DNA of 64,000 nt, taken from the NCBI GenBank assembly GCA_963705275.1, contig OY970063.1:1026515-1090514 (forward strand). Direction: 5' to 3'. Below the pieces are notes generated by a model. The model was not told the DNA's origin and did no database searches. It saw nothing but the letters and a program-made list of their open reading frames with translations. This document shows positions 27,992 through 39,151 of this stretch, piece by piece; positions within the stretch are counted from its first letter, which is position 1, and the number at the start of each line of letters is the position of its first letter. This DNA comes from an uncultured delta proteobacterium. GTDB lineage: Bacteria > Desulfobacterota > Syntrophia > Syntrophales > UBA2185. Position numbers and translations under genes: made by a program.

Positions 27992-30691
27992 TTACCTGGG
28001 AAAGGGCCCTTGAGTAACCTGGACCATGTCACCGATACGAAGCCACTTCGAAAAAGCAGCCTGTACATCTCGAGCGGTTATCTTCAAGAATCTTCCCGCG
28101 GCGATTGCGGGCTCGTCGAGGGGCAGGTCATGAGTCGCCCTGTAAATAAGTCCCAGCGCTATGCTGTCGGCGCTTGCCTCCGCAAGCTGGATCTCTCGAA
28201 GCGTGAGAGACTGGGCTTTCCTCAGTTCATCGGGTGTGACTGGCTCTTGTTGCATCTTTTTCAGATCATGCTCGATGATGGCACGCGCCTTAGACACATT
28301 GTCAGGGTCGCAGGAGTACCTCACTTCATAAAGGGATCGCGTCTTGCCCACGTCGAAGGATGAAGAAACATGATATACGAGCCCCGTTTTTTCTCTCAGA
28401 TCACGGTAAAGCCACGTTGAGTAAAATGCGCCTCCCAACACGTGGTTCCCCAATTCCAGAGCGTAGTAGTCCGGATGAGACCTGGTCAGGCCGAGCGTTT
28501 CCGCGAGAACCACTCTAGTCTGAGACCGGCTTAGATCCGGCACGGCCGTGGCGGATGCCGTATTTAACGGAACAGGAGGCAGCAGCGTTTCAGGTGTCGG
28601 TCCTTCGGCTCGCCATGCTCCGAAGTATTTCCCGATCACCTTCCTGACCTCCTCCGGCGCCACCTTGCCGATAAAGACGATCGTCGTCACGTCCGGGCGG
28701 AAGACCTTGCGGTAGTATGATTTCAAATCATCCAAAGTCAGAGAAGAAACAGTCGACGGCGTGGCCTCGCGCAGTGTTGCGTCGTTCTTGGGAAAGAGGG
28801 AAGTTCGGAGTGTACGCTTCGTCAGGTAGTCGGGACTCTCAAGTTCGCCCGCCACTTCATCAGCAACCTGTTTCCGCAATGTTTTGAAGGCCTCTTCGGG
28901 CAGTGCCGGATGAAGCAGATTATCCGCAAGGAGCTCGACGCCGCGCTCAAATTGTTTGGCGAGCGTCTGTAGTGAGAAATCAGTGTCCACTGATACTTCC
29001 GCCCCTATGTCATCCAGAGCTTTCTGGAAGGAGAGCCTGTCGAGTGAAGCAGTACCGAAAGAAAATAGCGGTCCCAGCACACGATCCACTCCTTCCTTTC
29101 CCTCCGGGGTCTCAAGGTGAGGATTGTTCTTCACATGGCCGTACACGCTTGCAGTGTCGCTCACAGAAGCATATTGAACGATAATTTTGAGTCCATTGGG
29201 AAGAACTATGACCTCCGGATTAACCGTGGAAGGCGGCACGGAAAGCCTATTCAATGACTTTTCCGCCCACCCGGGAAGTTCAACGCTCTTTGTCTCTTTC
29301 GGCGCGAAGGACTCCATCACGGCGCGGGGTCTCGCGGAGACAGGCCTGCCTGCCGCTTCCGGAACGAGAATCGCTTCTATAGATTGATGAAGCTGCAGAT
29401 ACTTCACAGCCACCCTATTCACATCGGCTACAGAAACCTTCTGAATGGCCCGTAATGCGTCATCCGGTGATTGCCTTCCTTCCACTGCCAGCGCCTGCGA
29501 CCAGGCCATAGCAAGACCAGGGACTGAATTTTTTTGCAGTTCGGCCCTGGTCAGTCTGCCGCGTTTGGCCGCCTCAACAAGGTCGGCGGAAAATCCCTTC
29601 TTCACATTGTCTGCAAGGATCCTCCTGATCTCCTTAATCAGAGGTTGAGGATCGGCTCCCTTCGGGAAGGAAGCTGCCGCATAGGCAAGGCCCGCCTCAG
29701 GGAGTGTGAGCAGGCTAAAATCGATGTCCAGGGCTTTTCCTTCAACGACCAATTCGAACAGACTTCCTCGCTGGCTGCTCAACACGTCCGCAAGCACTTC
29801 GCTCGCCGTGTAATCGCGGCTTCCGTAGCCGGGCATGCGGAAAGAAATGGCCACAAGCCCATGCGCCTGGTCCGTCCTCATAGTGAAGGATTCCGGCTTC
29901 AGTATTCCAAGCCGTACATCAGGACGCTTCGGGATATTCTTGCGCGGTATGGAAGCAAAATACTTATCGACTTCCTTGAGTGCAGCCCGGGGCTCGACAT
30001 GGCCCACAATGACCAAAATTGCATTGTTGGGCGCATACCAGGTGTCATGAAATGTCTTGAGCATCGCCCCAGTTGTCTTCTCAAAGGACGGAACGGTTCC
30101 GAGAGGTGTATGCGCATACGGCGTACCCTTAAACATAATTTCGAGAAGGCGTGCATAAAATATATAGTCCGGATCGGACAGGTCCTGCGCCACCTCCTGC
30201 TCGATGGCACCCCTTTCCTCCTTCCATGACTCCTCACTGTCAAGCACGCCCTTCATTCGGATTGATTCTATTTGCAGGGCCATGTCCAGATCTTCCCGGG
30301 CGCAGGTAAAGGAATATTGTGTGACCGTCTGTTGCGTGTCCGCATTGAAATTTCCACCCATCAGGGCGACGATGTCTGCAAGCTGGTCCGCTGAAAGACC
30401 CGGGCTGCCCCTGAACATCATGTGCTCCTGTGCGTGGGCCATGCCGGGAAACCCTGCCGGCGCCTCGTTTGAACCAACAAGGTAATTTACTATTGTTGTG
30501 ACAACCGGAGCCTGGGTGTTCCTCACAATAACAAACCGCAAGCCATTTGCCAGCGTGGCTCTTAATATATCTTCATCCCCCGCTCTTGCTTCGACCGATA
30601 CCCGGGGCGCAGGAAACAGCGAAATCAAAACGGCTGCAAGGATCAGAATGACGAGGCGGATTCCCGAGATTCGTGGATGGACTCTTTTCAA
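27992..30691 (-). CDS. Exported M16B zinc protease (pitrilysin family)
   Basis: Signal peptide, LANGL, GMAHAQEHMMFRG (HxxEH), WYAPNNA, LREKTGLVY. Confidence 0.92.
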   Translation of the reverse strand: MKRVHPRISGIRLVILILAAVLISLFPAPRVSVEARAGDEDILRATLANGLRFVIVRNTQAPVVTTIVNYLVGSNEAPAGFPGMAHAQEHMMFRGSPGLSADQLADIVALMGGNFNADTQQTVTQYSFTCAREDLDMALQIESIRMKGVLDSEESWKEERGAIEQEVAQDLSDPDYIFYARLLEIMFKGTPYAHTPLGTVPSFEKTTGAMLKTFHDTWYAPNNAILVIVGHVEPRAALKEVDKYFASIPRKNIPKRPDVRLGILKPESFTMRTDQAHGLVAISFRMPGYGSRDYTASEVLADVLSSQRGSLFELVVEGKALDIDFSLLTLPEAGLAYAAASFPKGADPQPLIKEIRRILADNVKKGFSADLVEAAKRGRLTRAELQKNSVPGLAMAWSQALAVEGRQSPDDALRAIQKVSVADVNRVAVKYLQLHQSIEAILVPEAAGRPVSARPRAVMESFAPKETKSVELPGWAEKSLNRLSVPPSTVNPEVIVLPNGLKIIVQYASVSDTASVYGHVKNNPHLETPEGKEGVDRVLGPLFSFGTASLDRLSFQKALDDIGAEVSVDTDFSLQTLAKQFERGVELLADNLLHPALPEEAFKTLRKQVADEVAGELESPDYLTKRTLRTSLFPKNDATLREATPSTVSSLTLDDLKSYYRKVFRPDVTTIVFIGKVAPEEVRKVIGKYFGAWRAEGPTPETLLPPVPLNTASATAVPDLSRSQTRVVLAETLGLTRSHPDYYALELGNHVLGGAFYSTWLYRDLREKTGLVYHVSSSFDVGKTRSLYEVRYSCDPDNVSKARAIIEHDLKKMQQEPVTPDELRKAQSLTLREIQLAEASADSIALGLIYRATHDLPLDEPAIAAGRFLKITARDVQAAFSKWLRIGDMVQVTQGPFPR

Positions 30692-31048
30692 AATGGCCTC
30701 CTTCCAATGTTTCTTATGCCCTTATCCTATGCGTAGATTACAGGCTAGTCAATGCTTCTCTGGAAGACTTCGCGGGGGAAAAATAATTCATAGCTGGTAA
30801 CATCTGGAGGATGGCCCACTGCACTAACCTCTCTTGCAAGAGAAAATTCACACGAACTTCTCATCGATAACCGACATCATAATTAAGGCATATAGCGCCT
30901 TGAAATCAGTCATTGACGCATTTCATTTATTTGCATGTAAGCTATACTATACAAAAGATGCTGATCGCGTGAGGCGCTGCGAATGCCGTGTGAAAAGAAA
31001 CAGTCGAGTCTGTTATCTCGCAGCACGTGAAAAAGAGGTAAATTATCG

Positions 31049-31483
31049 ATGGAAGACATGTCCGATATTCTTCTTGTGGAAGACAACAAATACAACGTGG
31101 AGTTCATTCTCGATGCCCTAAGTAAGCATAACCTGGCCCAGGGGGTAAAGGTTTTTCGTGACGGCGGGGAAGCTCTGGACTATCTGTTTGCAGCCGGGGA
31201 GTATTCTGACCGCGATTCCTTTAAACGACCCAAAGTGATCCTACTGGACCTGAGGTTGCCGAAGGTGGACGGGCTTGAATTCCTGCGGATAATCAGAGCC
31301 AATGAGACGACCAAGATGATCCCGGTAGTGGTTTTCTCATCTTCGACCAGAGACGAGGACAGGATAGAGAGCTACAGGCTGGGAGCAAACAGCTTCATCG
31401 TAAAGCCCATAGGGTATGACAGATTTGTTGAGACCGTCACCGAGATAGGTTCCTATTGGGCATTGCAGAACGCGCCGCCATAA
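31049..31483 (+). CDS. Single-domain response regulator (Rcp1-like)
   Basis: ILLVED, ILLDLRLPKVDG, YRLGANSFIVKP. Confidence 0.92.
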   Translation: MEDMSDILLVEDNKYNVEFILDALSKHNLAQGVKVFRDGGEALDYLFAAGEYSDRDSFKRPKVILLDLRLPKVDGLEFLRIIRANETTKMIPVVVFSSSTRDEDRIESYRLGANSFIVKPIGYDRFVETVTEIGSYWALQNAPP

Positions 31484-31761
31484 TGAGAACTGATTGAGAA
31501 TAACCGAGCCTCGCCCAATTGCGCTTGATGAAATATTGATGCCTCAAATCACAGCGTCCAAGCCGGCTTCTTGCCCTTCCTCCCATAGTCTGAGATATCC
31601 GGAGGCATAACGAGGTCTCCCCGATTGAACAGACAATCGGAGACTGCGTGATAACTTATTCGAGTGGCCATATGAGGAAAACTCCGGTTTAATCTCATTG
31701 ACATGCCGACGGTTTCTCTTTATAAACCTCGCATCTTGCTTCTTATTGCCGGGCCTTGACA

Positions 31762-32961
31762 ATGAGCAAATTCAATCTGAAAATCCTCCTCGTCCTGTCC
31801 TTGGGACACCTTGTAACGGATATATACCAGAGCGCACTTCCCGCCATACTCCCCTTCCTGAAGGAGAACCTTTCCCTCTCATACACTATGGCCGGTGTCA
31901 TCCTGATGGCAGCCAACTTCACTTCATCTCTGATCCAGCCCCTCTTCGGATATCTTTCAGACAGACAGGAAAAGGCTTTTCTTCTGCCTCTGGGGTGCTT
32001 ATGCGCCGGTGTTGGATTCTCTTTATTGTCCCTCCCTTCAAGTTATGCACTTATTCTCATGCTTGTCATAGTGAGCGGATTCGGGATTGCATCATACCAT
32101 CCCGAAGGATACAAGACCGCCCATTTTTTTACGGGCGAGAAACGGGTTACCGGGATGGCCATATTTGCCGTTGGCGGAAATCTGGGATTTGCCTTGGGTC
32201 CGATAATCGCAATCTACATAATCAAGTATATGGGATTTTCATCACTGCCCGTTATTGTTGTCCCATCGGTGGTTTTTCTTGCTGTCATAATCTTCTATTG
32301 GCGGGACATATCCATTACCGAAATCAGAAAAGACAGGGCAGCGGACGGCAAGGTTCAACGCGAACGGCGAAAGGGCGCTTACATATCTTTATCGATGGTG
32401 ATTGCAATCGTAATTATGAGATCATGGACACAGATGGGACTCATGAGCTACATCCCGTTTTACTACATAAACCATCTCAGGGGAGATCCGCTTTACGCAG
32501 GCAAACTCGTGTTTGTCCTTCTTCTCGGTGGAGTCATCGGCACCTTGGGTGGAGCGCCTTTGGCCGACAGGTGGGGTCACAAGCGCTATCTCATGCTGTC
32601 CATGTTTCTCAGCGCCCTTATTCTGCCCCTGATATTCATCACCGATGGCTACATGCTGTTTGCTGTCCTCGGATTTCTCGGCATGACCATGATATCAACC
32701 TTTTCTGTCACCGTTGTCATGGCGCAGCAGTTACTACCGAAGAATCTCGGCGTTGCCTCAGGCCTCATGGTAGGTTTTGCTATCGGGGCAGGCGGCATTT
32801 GCGTTACGCTCCTGGGAGTCATTGCCGACCATTTTGGCGTGCCGGTAGCCCTGAAATCGATCATGATCCTCCCCTTCGTCGGCTTCCTGCTCAGCGCCAT
32901 CTTACGATACCCGGAGGACAGCAAGACAAGGATAACAGCCGAGCCCTCTTCCATTCCATAG
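31762..32961 (+). CDS. MFS transporter (Fsr-like)
   Basis: GHLVTD, SSLIQPLFGYLSDR, YHPEG, GGNLGFALGP; about 12 TM helices. Confidence 0.88.
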   Translation: MSKFNLKILLVLSLGHLVTDIYQSALPAILPFLKENLSLSYTMAGVILMAANFTSSLIQPLFGYLSDRQEKAFLLPLGCLCAGVGFSLLSLPSSYALILMLVIVSGFGIASYHPEGYKTAHFFTGEKRVTGMAIFAVGGNLGFALGPIIAIYIIKYMGFSSLPVIVVPSVVFLAVIIFYWRDISITEIRKDRAADGKVQRERRKGAYISLSMVIAIVIMRSWTQMGLMSYIPFYYINHLRGDPLYAGKLVFVLLLGGVIGTLGGAPLADRWGHKRYLMLSMFLSALILPLIFITDGYMLFAVLGFLGMTMISTFSVTVVMAQQLLPKNLGVASGLMVGFAIGAGGICVTLLGVIADHFGVPVALKSIMILPFVGFLLSAILRYPEDSKTRITAEPSSIP

Positions 32962-33090
32962 TTATATACTCCTATTTTACAGCTATTTTCCGCCTATTGA
33001 TTCCGGTTACATTGGGAGTTATCTTCTTCCATCATAATTCTAATCCCGCATCGCCGCATATGACGACGGCCGTTGGGTATGGAGGGACAC

Positions 33091-33615
33091 ATGGAAATCA
33101 AAGGCAAGCGGCTAGTATTACTCGTGGAAGACCGGTATCAGGTTCTGGAACTGTGGTATCCGTTGATCCGTCTGCGCGAGGCCGGAGCAGACGTGACGGT
33201 TGTCGGTCCGGAAGGAGGACACGTTTATAAGAGCGGCAATGGTTATGAGATTACTGCAGACGCCTCTGTAGCAGATATCCGGATTCAAGAATATGACGGC
33301 GTCATTGTGCCCGGCGGATACGCCCCCGATTTAATGAGGCGCAATCCTGCGATGATCGCCATCGTAAGGGATGCCTATAATCAGGGCAAGGTCGTGGCGG
33401 CGATCTGCCACGCAGGCTGGATGCTGGCTTCAGCCGGAATAGTGCGGGAGAGGAAAGTGACCAGCTTTTACAGCATGAAAGATGATATGATCAATGCCGG
33501 GGCGATCTGGCGCGATGAACCGGTCGTCCGTGACGGCCTGATAATAACCTCGCGCAAACCCGAAGATCTGCCCTTCTTCTGCCGCGAAATTATCGCTGCC
33601 TTATCCGGGAAGTAG
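33091..33615 (+). CDS. PfpI/DJ-1 family protein
   Basis: ELWYP, VPGGYAPD, AAICHAGW, ITSRKPEDL. Confidence 0.92.
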   Translation: MEIKGKRLVLLVEDRYQVLELWYPLIRLREAGADVTVVGPEGGHVYKSGNGYEITADASVADIRIQEYDGVIVPGGYAPDLMRRNPAMIAIVRDAYNQGKVVAAICHAGWMLASAGIVRERKVTSFYSMKDDMINAGAIWRDEPVVRDGLIITSRKPEDLPFFCREIIAALSGK

Positions 33616-33621
33616 CCGGAG

Positions 33622-36156
33622 ATGGCAAGCGAAAGGATCCAACAGCCGTCCGATTTCTGGAGCATCCCGCAGGCCGAGATGCTGGCGGCGCTTGATACCC
33701 GGCAGGAGGGCTTGGAGAGCGGCGAGGCAAAGAGGCGGCTGATCAGCTACGGAGCAAATCTCCTCAAGCCGCCAAAGCGTTCCGACACAGTCGCTCTCTT
33801 GATCTCCCAATTCAAGAGCCCCATTATCCTCACCCTTATTTTTGCCGCCGGATTATCCTTCTTCCTGCAAGATCACGTGGATGGCGCCATCATTCTCTTT
33901 ATCGTCCTGATGAGCGGCCTTCTCGGATTCTGGCAGGAGCGGGGCGCCGTTGATGCTGTAGAAAAGCTCCTCTCCATCGTTAGAATAAGGACGACGGTTC
34001 TCCGTGATGGCAGCCCCAACGAGATTCCCGTCGAAGATGTTGTCCCGGGAGACATCGTCATCCTGAATGCCGGGGATGCCATCCCCGCAGACTGCCTGAT
34101 TCTGGAATCAAGAGACCTCTTTGTGGATGAGGCAACCCTAACGGGCGAAACGTATCCCGTCGATAAGGAGGCAGGCCAATTGCCGGCGGAGACACCTCTT
34201 AGCGGGCGCGCCAACTGCCTCTTCATGGGAACTCATGTCATCAGCGGCACGGCCAAAGCCGTTGCGGTTCTCACAGGAACGCAGGCGGAGTTCGGCCGGA
34301 TTTCAGAAAGATTGAAATTAATAAATAAGGAAACAGAGTTTGAACATGGTGTCCGGCATTTCGGATATCTGCTCCTGGAAGTGACGCTGGCCCTGGTTTT
34401 TCTCATTTTTGCCGTCAATGTCTATTTCCACCGCCCTGTCCTGGAATCGTTTCTTTTTTCTCTGGCCCTGGCAGTGGGATTGACGCCTCAGCTCTTGCCC
34501 GCCATCATCAGCATCAATCTGGCTCACGGCGCCAAGAAGATGGCACGCCAAAAGGTCATTGTAAAAAGGCTCGCTGCCATAGAAAATTTCGGAAGCATGG
34601 ATGTTCTCTGCTCGGATAAGACGGGGACGCTGACGGAGGGAAAAGTAACTCTCCACTCCGTACTGGATGTGGAAGGTAATCCCAGCGAACGCGTCTTCAT
34701 TCACGCATATCTCAATGCCTTTTTTGAAAAAGGCTTCTCCAATCCGATCGACGAGGCGATCTGCTCACGCAAAGAGCCTGATATCTCAGGATATGAGAAG
34801 ACAGATGAGGTTCCTTACGACTTCATCAGGAAACGCTTGAGTATCCTGGTTGCAAAGGATGGCCGTTCTTTGATGGTAACCAAAGGCCCTATCCCGAACG
34901 TCCTTGCCGTCTGCAGCGCAGCCGAGACTCCCCCAGGTTCCAAAGCGGATATTGTCCAGGCCAAAGGGGGTATTTTAAAGAGATTTGAAGAATTGAGCAG
35001 CGGTGGTTTTCGTCTTTTAGGGGTTGCCTATAAGGATATGGGTGCAAAGTCTGCAATTGACAAAGACAGCGAAGAAGACATGACGTTTCTCGGTTTTCTG
35101 GTGTTTTTCGACCCGCCAAAGGCCGGGATCGCTGAAACGATCAACCGCCTCAGGCAGCTGGGCATTGCCCTGAAGATCATTACGGGAGATAATCGCCTCG
35201 TCGCTCGGAAGGTCAGTCAGGACGTAGGGATTGCCGATGCAAAGATAGTTGCGGGAGGAGAGCTGCACGAGATAAGCAATGACGCCCTCCTGCTCAAGGT
35301 GAAGGAAACGGATATCTTCGCAGAGGTCGAGCCCAATCAAAAAGAGCGGATCATCCTGGCCTTAAGAAAGGCGGGCCATGTAGTGGGTTATATGGGGGAT
35401 GGAATCAATGACGCCTCCGCGCTTCATGCGGCGGATGTGGGTATTTCCGTGGATACTGCCGTGGATGTGGCCAAAGAATCGGCAGACATAGTCCTTTTGG
35501 AAAAAAATCTCGCTGTTTTGGTGCAGGGCGTACGCGAGGGAAGGACGACCTTTGCCAATACCTTGAAGTATGTCTTTATGGCCACGAGCGCTAATTTCGG
35601 AAACATGTTCAGCATGGCCGGCGCATCGCTCTTTCTGTCCTTTCTCCCCCTGTTGCCCAAACAGATTCTTCTAACAAATCTGATGACGGATTTCCCGGAA
35701 ATGACGATCGCCGCGGACCATGTAGACAGGGAAATGGTGGATCAACCCAGGAGGTGGAATATCGCCTTTATCCGGAAATTCATGTTCACCTTCGGCCTTG
35801 TCAGTTCAATCTTTGACTACCTCACCTTTGTAATTCTGCTTCTTATTCTTAATGCCACACCGGAGCAGTTCAGAACGGGGTGGTTCATGGAGTCCGTTAT
35901 TTCTGCGTCCATCATCGTGCTGGTGATTAGGAGCCGCAGGCCTTTCTATAAGAGCAGGCCGGGGAGGCTGCTCTCCGTCGCCACTGTTGTCGTTGTCCTT
36001 GCCACGCTCATCCTACCCTTAACACCTCTCGGAGAGGTCTTCGGGTTTACACCCTTGCCTGTATCATTTCTACTAATGATGGGTCTCATTGTGATGTTTT
36101 ATATCCTGTCTGCGGAACTCGCAAAAAAGATATTTTATCAAAGGGTTAATCTCTGA
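33622..36156 (+). CDS. mgtA: Magnesium-translocating P-type ATPase
   Basis: LTGE, ALAVGLTP, CSDKTGTLT, TGDN, MGDGINDA, SANFGNMFS. Confidence 0.9.
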   Translation: MASERIQQPSDFWSIPQAEMLAALDTRQEGLESGEAKRRLISYGANLLKPPKRSDTVALLISQFKSPIILTLIFAAGLSFFLQDHVDGAIILFIVLMSGLLGFWQERGAVDAVEKLLSIVRIRTTVLRDGSPNEIPVEDVVPGDIVILNAGDAIPADCLILESRDLFVDEATLTGETYPVDKEAGQLPAETPLSGRANCLFMGTHVISGTAKAVAVLTGTQAEFGRISERLKLINKETEFEHGVRHFGYLLLEVTLALVFLIFAVNVYFHRPVLESFLFSLALAVGLTPQLLPAIISINLAHGAKKMARQKVIVKRLAAIENFGSMDVLCSDKTGTLTEGKVTLHSVLDVEGNPSERVFIHAYLNAFFEKGFSNPIDEAICSRKEPDISGYEKTDEVPYDFIRKRLSILVAKDGRSLMVTKGPIPNVLAVCSAAETPPGSKADIVQAKGGILKRFEELSSGGFRLLGVAYKDMGAKSAIDKDSEEDMTFLGFLVFFDPPKAGIAETINRLRQLGIALKIITGDNRLVARKVSQDVGIADAKIVAGGELHEISNDALLLKVKETDIFAEVEPNQKERIILALRKAGHVVGYMGDGINDASALHAADVGISVDTAVDVAKESADIVLLEKNLAVLVQGVREGRTTFANTLKYVFMATSANFGNMFSMAGASLFLSFLPLLPKQILLTNLMTDFPEMTIAADHVDREMVDQPRRWNIAFIRKFMFTFGLVSSIFDYLTFVILLLILNATPEQFRTGWFMESVISASIIVLVIRSRRPFYKSRPGRLLSVATVVVVLATLILPLTPLGEVFGFTPLPVSFLLMMGLIVMFYILSAELAKKIFYQRVNL

Positions 36157-36322
36157 CAGGCTTCGTGCATGTGCAGCTGATCCTGCAATCAGGCCAATTA
36201 ATGAGACTGGACCGGTTGCTATTTCTCGCGCAGCCTATTTAAGTCTTGACATACTACAATTTGACACTAAAAATAAACATAGGTAGGGACATTGATGCGG
36301 GAATAATCTAAGGGGGGCTACT

Positions 36323-36664
36323 ATGAAAAAGGGTTTCATCTATCCCATAATACTGGCATTGGGAGGAATGCTGGTTTTTCTTGCCGGAACTGCCGGGAGT
36401 GACGATTACAGCGCTGGGCAAACGCTGTTTAAGAAGAACTGTCAATTCTGCCACAATCTCAAGGGTGACGATAATTACCCTTCCGCCTACTGGCGCCAAT
36501 TCAGGCCGAAGGATTTCACCGACCCTGATTCCTGGAAGGGACTCGACGGGCAGAAGATCGAACAGGTTATCAAGAAGGGCAAGGGCGTGATGCCGGCTAT
36601 AAATCTCAAGCCCGAAGACACTAAGGCAATAATCGATTACATGACCCATGTACTGAAAAAATAA
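36323..36664 (+). CDS. Monoheme c-type cytochrome
   Basis: Signal peptide, CQFCH, distal GKGVMPA. Confidence 0.85.
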   Translation: MKKGFIYPIILALGGMLVFLAGTAGSDDYSAGQTLFKKNCQFCHNLKGDDNYPSAYWRQFRPKDFTDPDSWKGLDGQKIEQVIKKGKGVMPAINLKPEDTKAIIDYMTHVLKK

Positions 36665-36826
36665 GTGAGATGATTCCCTTTCTTTGGAAAGTTTCAGAGC
36701 TCCCTCATTGTCATTCTGCGCGAAACAGGTAGTTATTGTTGCGGTGCGATCGTCGCACCAGTCTTTCCCGGTCGCCCTGTTCTTATAAGATAACATAACC
36801 TTTTACACGAAGACGGCAACCGAAAG

Positions 36827-38224
36827 ATGACAGGGATGAGAATCGAACATGACACCTTCGGAGAGATCGAAGTTCCCGCGGATCGGTTATGGGGTGCGCA
36901 GACGCAGCGGTCTTTGTTGAACTTCAAGATATCGGAAGAACGTATGCCCCTGGATCTGATCTATGCCCTTGCCCTGATTAAGCGGGCTGCAGCCCAGGTA
37001 AACGCCGAACTCAGCCTATTGGATGGAGACAAAGCCAAAGCTATAATCGCCGCTGCCGACGAGATCATGGAAGGAAAGCACGATAAAGAGTTTCCGCTCC
37101 TCGTTTGGCAAACCGGTTCGGGCACGCAGACCAACATGAACATGAACGAAGTCCTGGCCAACCGGGCGAGTGAAATTCAAGGCGGCATGAGGGGCCAAGC
37201 CCGGAAGATTCACCCGAACGATGACGTCAATAAGTGCCAATCAACGAATGACGTTTTCCCGACGGCCATGCACGTCTCGGCTGTCAAGGCCCTGTGTTCC
37301 AGGCTCATACCGGCCATCGGCACCCTTACGGAAACGCTGGAATACAAGGCTGCCCTGTTTGACGACATCATCAAGACGGGCCGGACGCATCTCCAGGATG
37401 CGGTGCCGCTCACCCTGGGGCAGGAGTTCTCCGGTTATGTTGCCCAGATGAATAAAAGCCTTTCATACATAGAGACATCATTCCCTCACCTCTATGAGGT
37501 GGCAATCGGAGGGACTGCCGTAGGGACAGGGCTGAATGCGCATCCCGAGTTCGGTGCCCGTGTCGCTTTCGAGCTGGCGCGGACTTCAGGCTTCCCTTTT
37601 GTCAGCGCACCTAACAGGTTTAAGGCCATTGCCTCTCATGACGCCCTCGTCCATGCCCACGGGACGCTGAAGACCCTCGCCACCTCCCTCGTGAAGATCG
37701 CCAATGACATACGCTGGCTCGCATCAGGGCCGCGCTCCGGTCTGGGGGAGTTGAAGATCCCCGAGAACGAACCGGGAAGTTCAATAATGCCGGGCAAGGT
37801 CAATCCGACGCAGTCGGAGGCAATGATGATGCTGTGCTTCCAGGTCATGGGAAATGACGTCGCGATCAACATAGGCGGTTCCATGGGAAACTTTGAATTG
37901 AATGTATTCAAGCCTCTCATCATCTACAACTTCCTGCAAAGCGTGCGCCTGCTTGCGGACGGCCTGATAAGTTTCAACGACAACTGTGCTAAAGGCATCG
38001 AAGCCGACCGTGTTCGCATCGAACAGCTGATGAAAAATTCTCTCATGCTTGTTACCGCGCTGACGCCACACATCGGTTACGAGAAGGCCGCCCGGATTGC
38101 CATCCTGGCCCACAAGGAGGGCACCACGCTTCGCGATGCAGCCCTCTCGCTCGGCTACGTCACAGGTGAAGAATTCGACGAGTGGGTGCGGCCCGAAGCG
38201 ATGGTTGGAAAGACGGCCGAGTAA
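36827..38224 (+). CDS. fumC: Class II fumarate hydratase
   Basis: [36 protein letters not shown]. Confidence 0.96.
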   Translation: MTGMRIEHDTFGEIEVPADRLWGAQTQRSLLNFKISEERMPLDLIYALALIKRAAAQVNAELSLLDGDKAKAIIAAADEIMEGKHDKEFPLLVWQTGSGTQTNMNMNEVLANRASEIQGGMRGQARKIHPNDDVNKCQSTNDVFPTAMHVSAVKALCSRLIPAIGTLTETLEYKAALFDDIIKTGRTHLQDAVPLTLGQEFSGYVAQMNKSLSYIETSFPHLYEVAIGGTAVGTGLNAHPEFGARVAFELARTSGFPFVSAPNRFKAIASHDALVHAHGTLKTLATSLVKIANDIRWLASGPRSGLGELKIPENEPGSSIMPGKVNPTQSEAMMMLCFQVMGNDVAINIGGSMGNFELNVFKPLIIYNFLQSVRLLADGLISFNDNCAKGIEADRVRIEQLMKNSLMLVTALTPHIGYEKAARIAILAHKEGTTLRDAALSLGYVTGEEFDEWVRPEAMVGKTAE

Positions 38225-38326
38225 ACGGCCTGCGGGATCGGGTGATTGCAGCTTAGTCGTAAGAACAGTAGTAATCTTCATTGATAGGCATAAATATTAT
38301 CTGCTATTCTAAAAAGGAGTAAACTT

Positions 38327-39151
38327 ATGTGGGAATATACTGACAAGGTCAAGGAGCACTTCCTCAATCCACGCAACGTCGGAGAAGTTGAGAACCCAGA
38401 TGGCATAGCCGAAGTCGGTTCCATTGCCTGCGGAGACGCCCTCAAACTTTCCTTCAAATTAGACGAGAACAAGAGGATCAAGGACATCAAGTTCAAGACC
38501 TTTGGCTGCGCCAGCGCGATCGCGACATCATCCGCATTGACAGAGATGGTCAAAGGGATGACCCTCGATGAAGCCATGAAGGTAACAAATCAGGACATTG
38601 CGGCTTATCTCGGAGGTCTGCCCCAAGAGAAAATGCACTGTTCTGTCATGGGAAAGCAGGCCATGGAGAAGGCTATTGAAAATTATAGGGGCGGCCCGCC
38701 GGCAGAGCCTGCGGCACAGATTATCTGTGAGTGCTTCGGCGTGACGGAACGCGAAATCGAGCAGGCTGTGAGAGAAAACAATCTCTCCACTGTCGAAGAG
38801 GTAACGAACTACACCAAAGCCGGCGGCGGCTGCGGGGGCTGTCATGACGCCATCAAGCAGATCATCGAGAGAGTACGGGCCGAAGCTGCGCCCGCAGCCA
38901 GACCGAAGCTCTCCAACATCCAGAAGATCAAGATGATCGAGGAAACTATCGATCGCGAAATCCGGCCATCCCTGAAGAAGGACGGCGGCGACATCGAACT
39001 CGTCGATGTCATCGGCAACCGCGTCCTTGTTGCCACAAGAGGAACCTGTGCAACCTGTAAGGCCGCCGATATCACATTGAAACATTTCGTTGAATTAAAA
39101 CTCCGGGATTTCGTATCGCCGGAGCTTGTTATTGAAGAGGTGACCACATGA
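38327..39151 (+). CDS. nifU: Fe-S cluster scaffold NifU (U + Bfd-like + Nfu domains)
   Basis: ACGD, TFGCASA, KMHCS; ICEC...GGCGGC; DGGD...GTCATC. Confidence 0.94.
   Translation: MWEYTDKVKEHFLNPRNVGEVENPDGIAEVGSIACGDALKLSFKLDENKRIKDIKFKTFGCASAIATSSALTEMVKGMTLDEAMKVTNQDIAAYLGGLPQEKMHCSVMGKQAMEKAIENYRGGPPAEPAAQIICECFGVTEREIEQAVRENNLSTVEEVTNYTKAGGGCGGCHDAIKQIIERVRAEAAPAARPKLSNIQKIKMIEETIDREIRPSLKKDGGDIELVDVIGNRVLVATRGTCATCKAADITLKHFVELKLRDFVSPELVIEEVTT

Noticed and set aside
31698-33230. 510-aa plus-strand ORF
   Set aside because: Alternate-frame shadow of the MFS gene with no recognisable motifs; the many antisense ORFs over the RND, kinase and glgP genes were rejected for the same reason.
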